This document shows, piece after piece, positions 10,280 to 19,630 of a DNA stretch of 64,000 nucleotides (position 1 is the first letter of the stretch; every line of letters begins with the position of its first letter). This stretch comes from Tolypothrix carrinoi HA7290-LM1. Its GTDB lineage: Bacteria; Cyanobacteriota; Cyanobacteriia; Cyanobacteriales; Nostocaceae. Both the position numbers and the translations under genes were made by a program. The stretch is taken from contig JAHHIK010000023.1 of assembly GCA_019358935.1 (NCBI GenBank), positions 1 through 64,000 of the forward strand. Direction: 5' to 3'. The notes beneath the pieces are model-generated. The model worked only from the letters and a program-made list of their open reading frames with translations, did no database searches and was not told the origin of the DNA.

Positions 10280-10500
10280 ATGACTACAACCAGACAACTA
10301 ACCTTTGAAGAGTATCTTACAGCGATTTTCAGGTAAATGAACCACATCTTTTTTATCTCACGCAAAGGCGCAAAGGCGCAAAGGAAGAAATAAAGAAACA
10401 AGAGTGTGGTCTAAATACATGAAAATTGCTGTAATTATCACGATGACACGGACAATCGTTACGAACTCGTGTATGGAGAATTAGTAGAAATGCCGCCAGC
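10280..10500 (+). pseudogene. Uma2-family endonuclease 5' fragment, MITE-interrupted and truncated
   Basis: Removing the MITE and one TA gives [36 protein letters not shown], a typical Uma2 N-terminus. Confidence 0.85.
10320..10431. mobile_element. 112-bp MITE with imperfect 27-bp TIRs and TA target-site duplication
   Basis: Left CAGCGATTTTCAGGTAAATGAACCACA; right (revcomp) CAGCAATTTTCATGTATTTAGACCACA; TA at 10318-19 and 10432-33; internal (CGCAAAGG)3. Confidence 0.88.
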
Positions 10501-10501
10501 A

Positions 10502-10616
10502 CGCTTTCCTCTCTTCACATTATCTGGTAAACTAATGTGATAAGAAAAACGATAAAGGCTTAAAAATTACACAGCAACGCCATTTCCTTACCGCTAGCTG
10601 TATGCAAATGAGAACT
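10502..10616. repeat. Direct repeat copy 1 (mocR 3' end plus downstream hairpin)
   Basis: Aligns by eye with 12615-12727 at roughly 90% identity. Confidence 0.9.
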
Positions 10617-12068
10617 GCTGTAGTTTTTCAGCAATTTACCTAAAATCGATATACCTAAATCAATTTCTGATTCTGACGGGTTAGAGAAGCTCAACCGCAT
10701 AGCTGGATAACCCTGTTTATTGGGGAAAAACACTGAACCAGATGCAAATAAAACATTCTCTGCCATAGCTTGATAGCGAATTGCTTCAATAGGAACATTG
10801 TCTGGCAACTGCACCCAAAGAAACAATCCGCCTTGAGGAACTGTCCATCTTGCTGATTCGGGAAAGTAGCGCTCAATTGCTTGCAGCATCACATTGCGAC
10901 TGATGAGATTTTCTGTTTGCAATCTTTTGCGGTGACGGCGATAATGTCCGGAAGCAAGATACTCGCTAACTATTGCTTGGGAAACACTGGAAGTTTGGAT
11001 ATCTTGGAGTAACTTCCGCTCGATAAGCGCTCTTATATGCTTGCCTGTAACCACCATATATCCAACTCGTAACCCAGGTATCAAAGTTTTAGAAAAAGTC
11101 CCTACATAAGTCACTAAATCTTCTCGATCTAAAGCTTTGATTGGTGCTGGTACAGGTTCAAAATTTAATCCTTCGTAGGCATTATCTTCTAAAATATGAC
11201 ATTGATATTTTGCCGCTAATGTCAACAATTCTTGCCGATGAGCTTGTGTTGTGGTTATGCCTGTAGGATTGTGTAAAGTACTGATAGTATAAATTAATTT
11301 TGGGCGATGACTATCGAGGTATTGTTTCAATAATTCTAAATTTATGCCCTCAGCATTCATGGGAATACCAATAATTCTGGCTCCTAAGTTTTCTAAGATA
11401 GCGATCGCACCATGATAAGTTGGAGCTTCCACAATTACCCAATCACCTGGTTGCACGTAATAATGCATTGCCAATGATAAAGCTTGCTCGGAGCCATTGG
11501 TAACAATTAAATCTTCACTTGTTACCTCTAGTCCTTGAAGAACCAACATCTGAGCGATTTGTTTGCGTAGAGTTACTACTCCTTGCGGCACTTCATATGC
11601 AAACAAAGTATCAACATTCGTCAGCGCTCGTCTACCAATCAGCGCCATATCTTTTGGCGGACGTGGCAAACCACTGCTAAAATTAATCATCCCTTTCTGG
11701 GTTTGTGCTTGCACTGCACTCATATGCACTTCAAAAAAAGAAGCTCCTGATTGTTCTGGAATAATCACGTTTTGTGCTGGTGCAAAAGTTGATTTTAAAT
11801 TCGTAGACGAAGTATTTAGGCTATTGACAAAATAGCCTGCTCCTTGACGAGCGCAAACAACCCCATCTCCTTCTAAAACGCTATAAGCTTCAATAATCGT
11901 TAATTTATTTACTCGCAAATTCTCCGCCAAAGAGCGAATCGAAGGTAAGCGATCGCCTGATTGCAATGCTCCAGATTTTATCAGACGACTGATGCGATCT
12001 CTGATTTGTAAATAAATAGGTTTAGGTGACTGCCGATCTAAAAAAATCTTCACTTTTTCAGCGCTCAT
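10560..12068 (-). CDS. MocR/GabR-family (GntR HTH plus PLP aminotransferase-like) transcriptional regulator
   Basis: PIYLQI...GDRLPSIRSLA..L.VN..T...AY HTH; HNPTG, EDNAY, GTFSKTLIPGLRVGY. Confidence 0.93.
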   Translation of the reverse strand: MSAEKVKIFLDRQSPKPIYLQIRDRISRLIKSGALQSGDRLPSIRSLAENLRVNKLTIIEAYSVLEGDGVVCARQGAGYFVNSLNTSSTNLKSTFAPAQNVIIPEQSGASFFEVHMSAVQAQTQKGMINFSSGLPRPPKDMALIGRRALTNVDTLFAYEVPQGVVTLRKQIAQMLVLQGLEVTSEDLIVTNGSEQALSLAMHYYVQPGDWVIVEAPTYHGAIAILENLGARIIGIPMNAEGINLELLKQYLDSHRPKLIYTISTLHNPTGITTTQAHRQELLTLAAKYQCHILEDNAYEGLNFEPVPAPIKALDREDLVTYVGTFSKTLIPGLRVGYMVVTGKHIRALIERKLLQDIQTSSVSQAIVSEYLASGHYRRHRKRLQTENLISRNVMLQAIERYFPESARWTVPQGGLFLWVQLPDNVPIEAIRYQAMAENVLFASGSVFFPNKQGYPAMRLSFSNPSESEIDLGISILGKLLKNYSSSHLHTASGKEMALLCNF

Positions 12069-12113
12069 CTATCACTACAAGGTAATATAAGCGATTTTGT
12101 CTATATACGCCCG

Positions 12114-12164
12114 GTACAGTTCACTATTTTTTAACTATAACAGTTGTCATCACCATAACTGTAC
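12114..12164. promoter_or_regulatory. Probable MocR operator: two tandem inverted repeats ACAGTT-N11-AACT(G/A)T
   Basis: GTACAGTT (12114-21) N11 AACTAT; TAACAGTT (12138-45) N11 AACTGTAC (12157-64); in the divergent promoter region. Confidence 0.65.
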
Positions 12165-12245
12165 TAGTCAAATTTGCCTTCTTTGTATCTTTTAAAGTTG
12201 TAAATTCTAAGCGAATCTGAAAGTAAGAGTTAACTAATCACCAAC

Positions 12246-12458
12246 ATGAAAACATTTAATGTTCCCTTACTCAAAAAAGTTTGGCAAGATTTTTCCAGAT
12301 TTATAGTAACTAGTTCTGAACTACAAGTTTGGCAAACATCAAATAGTCATGGTCATACTTCTTGGCGAGCTTACGATCCAACCACAGGAAGCTCTGCTTG
12401 TTTTGGTTCCGAAGAAGATATGCGAGCCTGGATTGAACAGCTTTACTACAGAAAATAG
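12246..12458 (+). CDS. Small conserved cyanobacterial hypothetical protein (70 aa), divergent from mocR
   Basis: W.AYDP.TG.S..FGSE..MR.WIEQ.YY pattern recalled from small cyanobacterial proteins; clean ATG ORF. Confidence 0.75.
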   Translation: MKTFNVPLLKKVWQDFSRFIVTSSELQVWQTSNSHGHTSWRAYDPTTGSSACFGSEEDMRAWIEQLYYRK

Positions 12459-12480
12459 TTTAAAAAAAATCGCGGCATCC

Positions 12481-12513
12481 AGATACCCGACTTCTTAAAG
12501 AAGTCGGGTATCT
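12481..12513. repeat. Palindromic dispersed repeat / terminator-like hairpin
   Basis: AGATACCCGACTTCT-TAA-AGAAGTCGGGTATCT, perfect 15-bp stem. Confidence 0.8.
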
Positions 12514-12614
12514 CGCTTTTCACGAAGTTGGTTTGGGATGTGCGCTATGATATTTAATTAATAGCTAATCAGCGCATTTGACGACGACGTGTATCAAAGC
12601 ATCTATTAAGCGAT

Positions 12615-12727
12615 CGCTTTCCTTTCTTCACATTATCATATAAACTAATGTGACAATAAAAAACGATAAAGCCTTAAAAATTACACAGCAACGCCATTTT
12701 CTTACCGCTAGCTGTATGCAGAGAACT
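12615..12727. repeat. Direct repeat copy 2 (orphan mocR 3' end), starting within a HIP1 site
   Basis: Matches 10502-10616; GCGATCGC at 12610-12617. Confidence 0.9.
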
Positions 12728-12743
12728 CCCTACTCCCCACTTT

Positions 12744-13574
12744 CTATTTTCCCGCATAAACTGCGATCGCGTGCGGTACTTTACGCTTTGTTGAAATCAA
12801 AGAATTTCCCTTTACGATCAAAAATGTGCTTCCACCACCGTCAAGCATCGCTGTTGCACTTGCACCAAACCCCCTGAGAACATTAGATGCATCAATCTGA
12901 CGCGCATAACTACTCGAATAAAAAATTACAGTTTCTTTTGTACCATTGCCGTCATCATCTCGCACCCCAACAAACGTTCTTGGTAAATAACTCAAAGCAG
13001 ACTTATCTGCTACTGCATCAAGTCCACCTACAACCTCCGGTGTTGAATCGAAAGTCTCTTTTGCGTAACTTTGAATATTAGCAATTCCTTGGTCGGGGTT
13101 GAAAGAAAACGTGCGAATCTGTCCGGGATATTCTTTACCAATTGCATAACCATAGCTAATCGTCCTACCACCAAGCTTCAAACCGAAGGCAATACCCGCT
13201 GGATCATCATTCGTCGAAAAAAAGGAAGCATTAACAACAACCATTACCTTGAGCGAAGATGTATTTTGTGTTACAGCATCTTGCCAAAATTCCCTTGCTA
13301 ATTTTTTCTTAAGAGTACCGTTAGGAGTACCCTCAGTACCGATTAAATTGCGTATAGTCCCCTTTTTTAAGTTGACAACGGTAACATAATCTGTATTTCC
13401 CTTGGCATCATCTTTTTTGTAAACTTGCACACCAGTTTCCGAAAGCATCAGCTTGAAACCGTTGTCAATTGGTAAAGCCTGCACAGTGTAAAGTTGCAGT
13501 GTGATTGAAATCACACTAGTTACCAAGCTTAAAGATAGCCATTTTCTAGTTTTAAGTAGAAAATTCATACACAT
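12744..13574 (-). CDS. Secreted phosphodiester glycosidase (DUF2233/NAGPA)-like protein
   Basis: Signal peptide, VVNASFF, PRTFVG, AMLDGGGST, RKVPHAI. Confidence 0.75.
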   Translation of the reverse strand: MCMNFLLKTRKWLSLSLVTSVISITLQLYTVQALPIDNGFKLMLSETGVQVYKKDDAKGNTDYVTVVNLKKGTIRNLIGTEGTPNGTLKKKLAREFWQDAVTQNTSSLKVMVVVNASFFSTNDDPAGIAFGLKLGGRTISYGYAIGKEYPGQIRTFSFNPDQGIANIQSYAKETFDSTPEVVGGLDAVADKSALSYLPRTFVGVRDDDGNGTKETVIFYSSSYARQIDASNVLRGFGASATAMLDGGGSTFLIVKGNSLISTKRKVPHAIAVYAGK

Positions 13575-13683
13575 AAAAAGTTTATTAATTTTTTTCGGAC
13601 AACTTATGCAAAAATATCTGCTTGAGTTGGAAACACTACAGATAATAGGCTAGTCTGTTGTTCAACAGAAAGCTTAAGATTTT

Positions 13684-14625
13684 TTGTGTAATATGACTAT
13701 CGCCGATCGCCCCAGTAATTCTCAAAATAACTTGCTCTGTTTTTCTCTCAAAAGCTTAAAAGCCTATCGCCGTGCAGCAGGTTTATTAATGGGGATGTTT
13801 GCTGCTTTCCCCGTGGTGGCATTGCCTGTAAATGCCCTGCAAGTAAAAGTTACACCGAGTCAACCCGATTTAGGGGATACTTTATCAGTAATAATTAATT
13901 TAGATAATCCGGCTAATGGTAGTAATCCCACGGTAACTAGTGGAGAAAAAACTTACCCAGCCTTTGAAATTGCCCCCAATCAATATCGGGCTTTTGTGCC
14001 GACAACACCATTAGAAAGCGCGGGAAATAGAACACTTCGGGTTTCCGGGGATGGAAGCGTGCAAAACTTATCTGTGCAAGTGGGCGATCGCAAATTTCCA
14101 GTACAACGAATTAATCTACCACCTGGAAAAGCCGGAGTAGATGCCACAGAATACGAACTAAAGCGTGTAGCGGCTTTTAAAGCATTAGTGACACCAGAAA
14201 AATATTGGAATGGTGCTTTTATCAAACCAAACGCCGGAAGAATTTCTACAATTTATGGTGTACGTCGCTACTATAATGGTAAATTTGCAAAAGACTATTA
14301 CCATCGTGGCGTTGACTACGCTGGTGCAGCCGGTTCGCCCGTCGTTGCCCCAGCCGCAGGACGAGTCGCTTTGGTCGGTAGAGTATCCCAAGGTTTCCGC
14401 GTTCACGGTAACGTAGTCGGAATTGACCACGGTCAAGGAGTCACCAGCATTTTTATGCACCTGAGTCGAATCAATGTTAAAGAAGGCGATATGGTGCAAC
14501 CTGGTCAATTAATTGGCGCAGTGGGAGCGACAGGTGCCTCCACCGGTCCACATTTACACTGGGGATTATACGTCAATGGGAAATCTGTTGACCCAACACC
14601 CTGGCGAACTCCTGGAGTTCAATAG
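13684..14625 (+). CDS. M23-family metallopeptidase
   Basis: HRGVD (HxxxD), FMHLS, GASTGPHLH (HxH), DP at the C-terminus. Start may be the ATG at 13693. Confidence 0.95.
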   Translation: MCNMTIADRPSNSQNNLLCFSLKSLKAYRRAAGLLMGMFAAFPVVALPVNALQVKVTPSQPDLGDTLSVIINLDNPANGSNPTVTSGEKTYPAFEIAPNQYRAFVPTTPLESAGNRTLRVSGDGSVQNLSVQVGDRKFPVQRINLPPGKAGVDATEYELKRVAAFKALVTPEKYWNGAFIKPNAGRISTIYGVRRYYNGKFAKDYYHRGVDYAGAAGSPVVAPAAGRVALVGRVSQGFRVHGNVVGIDHGQGVTSIFMHLSRINVKEGDMVQPGQLIGAVGATGASTGPHLHWGLYVNGKSVDPTPWRTPGVQ

Positions 14626-14806
14626 CCCAAACGCGATCGTCATCGTCCGTTTTACCGCTTTTTGGCGGTAGGACGCACCCAATTGGCGATCGTGCATGTC
14701 TTTACTTAATATATTTATGTAATTTGTTTGCATTTTGCCAACAATTAGGCAAAATAAAATTGATTGATTTGCTACCGTCCCTACCTTGCTTGGTGGCGTA
14801 AAAAAA

Positions 14807-15355
14807 ATGAGCCTTATGAGTACTATCGAAAAAATTGTGGAACAGTCTCTCCAGGATGGTTATCTCACACCAGCAATGGAAGCAGAAGTCGGGCGAATCT
14901 GTGATAATGCCAGCGAACTTTCAATTGAAGAGTACATGGCATTAGATAAGCTAATGGGAGCGCTATTGACTGGTGAGGTAGAGGCAGTACCTCGCAAAGA
15001 ATTCATTAATGTTATGGAAGAATTGGTACTGACCGAGGCGATCGCCAGAATAGCAGAAATTGAAGCTACTAGCGAAAGTTCTCTTGATGTCGGAGATATT
15101 GCCGCTTATGCCCTCAACCGTCTTCCTCCCCTGTATGCAACCACAGAAGAAGGTGCTAGCTATCAGCGCATACGCGCTCACGCAGAACTTCAGCAATTAA
15201 TCGCCCAGCAAATAAACGAGGCGATTTCCCGTTATTTGGATCGACCGAATTTCTTCCCAGAACGGCAAGCTATAAGCAAAAATACTGGCAATGACATTCT
15301 GCAAGAAATTAGCACTTTACTCCAAGCATGTGCGCCTAACTTTGAACAAAAATAA
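14807..15355 (+). CDS. ComFB (late competence development) family protein
   Basis: INVMEELV...DIAAYALNRLPPLYATT.EG. Confidence 0.85.
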   Translation: MSLMSTIEKIVEQSLQDGYLTPAMEAEVGRICDNASELSIEEYMALDKLMGALLTGEVEAVPRKEFINVMEELVLTEAIARIAEIEATSESSLDVGDIAAYALNRLPPLYATTEEGASYQRIRAHAELQQLIAQQINEAISRYLDRPNFFPERQAISKNTGNDILQEISTLLQACAPNFEQK

Positions 15356-15495
15356 TAGTCAATAATCCAAAGTCAACAGTCCAAAGTCAACAGTCCATTA
15401 GCTCTTGACTGTTGACTCTTAACTCTTAACTCCTAACTCTTAACTCCTAACTCTTAACTCCTAACTCTTAACTCCTAACTCCTAACTCCTAACTC
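15356..15495. repeat. STRR tracts (AGTCAAC/AGTCCAA; TAACTCC/TAACTCT) between convergent genes
   Basis: Visible heptamer tandem repeats. Confidence 0.9.
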
Positions 15496-16313
15496 TATTC
15501 GCGTACTATCACAGTTGTCCCCAAACCCACCTGCTTGTATAGCATTCGCACATCAGGATTACGCATTCTTAAGCACCCGTGAGATATAGCAGTTCCTATC
15601 ACCTCAACATCTGGTGTGCCGTGAAAACCAATTTGATTGCGTCCATCTGACCAAAAACCAATCCATCTATCTCCCAAAGGGCTATCAGTACCTGCCGCAA
15701 ACACTTTGCCTGTAATCGGGTGACGCCACGCAGGATAGTGTTGCATATGCATCACTTGGAAAGAACCTGTGGGTGTTTCCCAACCCTTTTTACCAACAGC
15801 AATTGGGTAGCTGGCTATCACTTCATCTTTAGCATAAACATAGGTGCGGCGATCGCTTAAATCTACCACTACTTGCGATTTGCCAGCCACGCTATTAACT
15901 GATTTTGGTTGAGCGATTTGCGCTAAAAAAAACTTTGGCTTTTTTGCTTGGTCTACCACCAGCCGATTATTTTTTGCTAACTGTGCTTCCCTAGTTACAT
16001 TTTTTTCCACTTTTGCCGACTTAGCAGCAGGCATTGAAGACAACGTAGACGCACTCGCTGTGGATGAAGCCATTGTCGCATCTCGCCGCAACCTAGTAGA
16101 GGCTGACTCCTCAAATTGCCGTTCTCCTGCAATCATGCTTCTATGCACAGCCAGAGATAAAATTGCTGTGCCAAAACAGAGCAACATGACTATACGAGCT
16201 ACAGATTCATTTCTTCCCATCGTCATCGCATTTATTGTTTCTGTATGAACAGTTATGAAAAATTCACAAATAATTATCCGTTTCCTTATGAATATCCCAA
16301 CACCAGTGGGCAA
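15495..16313 (-). CDS. L,D-transpeptidase (YkuD domain); true start probably further downstream
   Basis: YPIAVGK.GWETPTG, SPLGDRWIGF, IGFHGT...SHGCLRM. Confidence 0.93.
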   Translation of the reverse strand: MPTGVGIFIRKRIIICEFFITVHTETINAMTMGRNESVARIVMLLCFGTAILSLAVHRSMIAGERQFEESASTRLRRDATMASSTASASTLSSMPAAKSAKVEKNVTREAQLAKNNRLVVDQAKKPKFFLAQIAQPKSVNSVAGKSQVVVDLSDRRTYVYAKDEVIASYPIAVGKKGWETPTGSFQVMHMQHYPAWRHPITGKVFAAGTDSPLGDRWIGFWSDGRNQIGFHGTPDVEVIGTAISHGCLRMRNPDVRMLYKQVGLGTTVIVRE

Positions 16314-16424
16314 ACTAGGTCTATGGCAATTATTCCAGCAGAAAAACTTCGCTTTAAAACCGAGTTTTCAGGAACTCTGGAACTATAGTAATCAATCATT
16401 AATGGTGTGGGTGAGAGAAAAATC

Positions 16425-16577
16425 ATGTTTGAAAAATTATTGCTAGCGGTCACAATTACATTTTCCCTTAATTTCTTTTTACAAGTTCGCGTACCCGATC
16501 AAAGTAATGCTGATACTAGTTATCACGTACATACACAAACTCCACTAACGATTTTGGCAATGAAGCTGAAAAAATAA
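16425..16577 (+). CDS. Small putatively exported protein (50 aa), not in the ORF track
   Basis: MFEKLLLAVTITFSLNFFLQVRVPDQSNADTSYHVHTQTPLTILAMKLKK*; GAGAG upstream; hydrophobic N-terminus. Confidence 0.6.
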   Translation: MFEKLLLAVTITFSLNFFLQVRVPDQSNADTSYHVHTQTPLTILAMKLKK

Positions 16578-17244
16578 CAGTCATGGTAGCTACAGCAGCT
16601 AAAAATGGCAAGATAAAGAAACAATAAGCACACAAAGGAGAGAAAATAGGAGAAAATAGAAAATGCCTTCTTGTCTTGTGGACACTTTGCGACAAGGGCG
16701 GAAAATAAGCGAAGTTCTCATACCTGAAGACAATCCGCCCTCTTTTTACTTAAACATTTCTACTAAATTGTCAACCGTAGATGGTCAGTTTTTAATATTG
16801 CACATTGCTAAGTAACATTGCTGTGCAACTCGCCACTGAAAGGTAACAGATAAAAAAGCGGCTATACCAGCGATAAAAACAATAATAATCATTTGATTTT
16901 GTCATAAATATAGCCATGCTTTATAGATAGCAAAAAAACATATGTAAATATTTTTTTGCTATCTATAAAAAGATAATATCTTAATAACTTAAATTACAAC
17001 AACCATTGCCCTATAAGAGATTATCCAATTTCTAACTAATTTTTGACTGGAGATAACTTACTTAATTATCTTACAGTTAGTTGTTTCAAAGTAATTATCC
17101 ATCAAATAAGCCCCAGAGTGTATATAACCAAATAAATATTCAGCAGCATTTTTGATTATAAGTGACCAAAAATGGCTTCGATTAGCATTGCATGTTCATA
17201 AGAGTTTACTATTGTTCCAGTCAGAAATCCGTCACTCACTCTTA

Positions 17245-17271
17245 GAACTTCTTACTGATTAGCAGGTCTAA
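17245..17271 (+). promoter_or_regulatory. ECF (sigmaE-type) autoregulatory promoter
   Basis: GAACTT-N16-TCTAA, ending about 33 bp upstream of the ECF sigma ATG. Confidence 0.7.
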
Positions 17272-17303
17272 TAGATAGGAATGTTCTAAAGTCAGTGCGT
17301 TCT

Positions 17304-17960
17304 ATGAGTCAATCAATTCCTGTATCCTGGTCAACGGTTGATGTGAGGCTTCCAAAAACCTCAGTGCAAGTTGACAAGCTCTCTAATCACGATTTAATTT
17401 TGCGCTGTCAAACTGGACTGCGCCCAGATCGTGTTGCGTTTGCGGAACTTATGTGCCGCTTTCAGACTCAAGTTGATCGGGTTTTATATCACCTCGCTCC
17501 TGATTGGGCTGACAGAGCTGATTTGGCTCAGGAAGTTTGGATTCGAGTATATCGGAATGTTAACCGATTGCAAGAGCCAGCTAAATTCCGGGGCTGGTTG
17601 AGCCGTATTGCGACGAACTTGTTTTACGATGAGTTACGCAAACGCAAGCGGGTTGTTAGTCCGTTGTCGCTTGATGCTCCCCGTGCGGTAGAGGATGGCG
17701 AAATGGATTGGGAAATAGCTGGAGATACCCCAGGACCAGAAGAAGAGCTAACAACCAGAGAATTTTACGAGCAACTGCGCTCCGCGATCGCCGATTTACC
17801 TGAAGTATTCCGTACTACAATTGTTCTGAGAGAAATCGAAGGAATGGCATATGAAGAAATTGCCGAAATCACTGGTGTTTCTTTGGGAACCGTTAAATCG
17901 AGAATAGCTAGAGCTAGATCCAGATTGCAAACTCAATTGCAAAATTATTTAGATTCGTAA
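17304..17960 (+). CDS. sigG: ECF RNA polymerase sigma factor (SigG/RpoE type)
   Basis: DLAQEVWIRVY, FRGWLSRIATNLFYDELRKRKR, GMAYEEIAEITGVSLGTVKSRIARAR. Confidence 0.9.
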   Translation: MSQSIPVSWSTVDVRLPKTSVQVDKLSNHDLILRCQTGLRPDRVAFAELMCRFQTQVDRVLYHLAPDWADRADLAQEVWIRVYRNVNRLQEPAKFRGWLSRIATNLFYDELRKRKRVVSPLSLDAPRAVEDGEMDWEIAGDTPGPEEELTTREFYEQLRSAIADLPEVFRTTIVLREIEGMAYEEIAEITGVSLGTVKSRIARARSRLQTQLQNYLDS

Positions 17961-18125
17961 CTAACACTATCTATCCAGCCTCTGCTACAATGGCAGAATT
18001 TAAGGGTTGATTTCCATAAAATTTAAGATAATTGTAGAGTGCTTCTGCCGCCAGGAGAAAAATTGATTAATTTCTCATTCCTGTCCGCTCGTTTAACCCG
18101 TGTTGGAATTGGTAATAATGTTAAG

Positions 18126-18740
18126 ATGACTACTGATTCTCAGTTTTCCGATCGCTTTGATTTGCAAGCTAATAAAGATTTGCAAATACAGGGAGTTAAA
18201 CAAACCAATGAATCTACGGGTGCTATGGATATGGTGAAGCGCGATCGCTTCGAGTTATTAAGTGCTTACCTCGATGGTGAGGTGACAGCTGCCGAACGCA
18301 AGCAAGTTGAACAATGGTTGGCAAACGATGCCTCAGTCCAAGTCTTGTATGCCCGACTGTTAAAGCTACGGCAAGGCGTGCGGAATCTTCCCGTACCACA
18401 GCCACTACAGCCAATAGAAGAAACAGTCCAGCAAGTAATGGCTTCTTTACGTCGGCGTTCCCGGCTAGCATGGGTATGTGGAGGTACTGCCGTCGCCGCT
18501 TGCGTCATTAGTGCTGTTTCTGGCTGGCTACCAGGTGGAGATTCCAGTATACCTCAAATGGCTCAAAAACCTTCAATCGAACCGACACAACAGACGCCTT
18601 CGCCTGTTGCCGCTTCGCCACTGATGGTTGCCATTAATACTCCTGTCTTCCCCATTCCCAAAACAGCAGAATCCTCTCCGAAAAATTCAGTTGATCGGGT
18701 TGCACCTCAACCAGAAAAGACTGAACAGGAACTAAATTAA
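18126..18740 (+). CDS. Membrane anti-sigma factor cognate to SigG
   Basis: RDRFELLSAYLDGEVTAAERKQV, single TM, directly downstream of the sigma gene. Confidence 0.85.
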   Translation: MTTDSQFSDRFDLQANKDLQIQGVKQTNESTGAMDMVKRDRFELLSAYLDGEVTAAERKQVEQWLANDASVQVLYARLLKLRQGVRNLPVPQPLQPIEETVQQVMASLRRRSRLAWVCGGTAVAACVISAVSGWLPGGDSSIPQMAQKPSIEPTQQTPSPVAASPLMVAINTPVFPIPKTAESSPKNSVDRVAPQPEKTEQELN

Positions 18741-18748
18741 TTCCGGAG

Positions 18749-19201
18749 TTAACTGTTAATTCCGCTCTTTATAATGCCAACTGTTAAGCCGCAGCCACTC
18801 CACCAGCCATCGTGCTGTAGACGACGACGACGTCGGCTGCCTTTTAGTTGACAAATTTGCTGCGGTGTCATTAAATAGACCCAGGCAATACCAAGCGATC
18901 GCCCTTCTAGATCGTATATTTCAACTTCTTGTCGATTATAAAGGTTTTCAGTTCTTTGTCTGGAGGGCTGGTAATCTTCTAGGATATCTAGGTTATTTAA
19001 AACCTTTGCATCAACAAATGTCAGTAAATATCCGTAGACGAGGCTATCTCCTAGCGTCATAGCAGGGTAGCCCATCGGTAAAGCAAACAATTTACCAAAA
19101 GCGTAAGCTTTCTTTGCATCTACCACTTGAATAGCACAGTATCTTTGATAATTTGCTTCACCTGGTTTAAGCGTGCCGTAAACAAAGACCTTTACCATCA
19201 A
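18749..19201 (-). CDS. Gamma-glutamylcyclotransferase (AIG2-like) family protein
   Basis: VFVYGTLKPGEAN, GYPAM, LDILEDY, AWVY. Confidence 0.9.
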   Translation of the reverse strand: MMVKVFVYGTLKPGEANYQRYCAIQVVDAKKAYAFGKLFALPMGYPAMTLGDSLVYGYLLTFVDAKVLNNLDILEDYQPSRQRTENLYNRQEVEIYDLEGRSLGIAWVYLMTPQQICQLKGSRRRRRLQHDGWWSGCGLTVGIIKSGINS

Positions 19202-19213
19202 AAATCCTCAATA

Positions 19214-19459
19214 CTAATATTCTGCTCTTTTATTGGATGCATATGATTGTATATCTTCCAATGCCAATTGCTCGAATTTTTTCTGTTTATCTTTTGGCAA
19301 AGAACAAGAGTAATTTTTGATTAATAATTCTTTGCCTTTAGCAGCATTTATGTAAAACGAAAACATTTCTAAATCTTCGGATGGGCTAAAAGCCTTCTCT
19401 AGAATTATCTGAAAATTATAATTTATTCCAGAAATTGTATAAGTCATTTTATTTGGCAT
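19214..19459 (-). CDS. Hypothetical protein (81 aa, AT-rich)
   Basis: ATG ORF ending 12 bp before the GGCT start; no recognised motif. Confidence 0.5.
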   Translation of the reverse strand: MPNKMTYTISGINYNFQIILEKAFSPSEDLEMFSFYINAAKGKELLIKNYSCSLPKDKQKKFEQLALEDIQSYASNKRAEY

Positions 19460-19630
19460 GATTAATATTAAAATTAATTATGTCATAAATCTTAATTCTA
19501 GGGATGAGAACAGGTGTATAAACAATATCTATAATAAAACCAGTGAAACTAAGTATCTCCATAAGTCGTCATAATCAGAAAAGTAAAAAGGTTGCTAAAG
19601 ACAGTTATGCAGAAGCGCAATGCGATCGCT

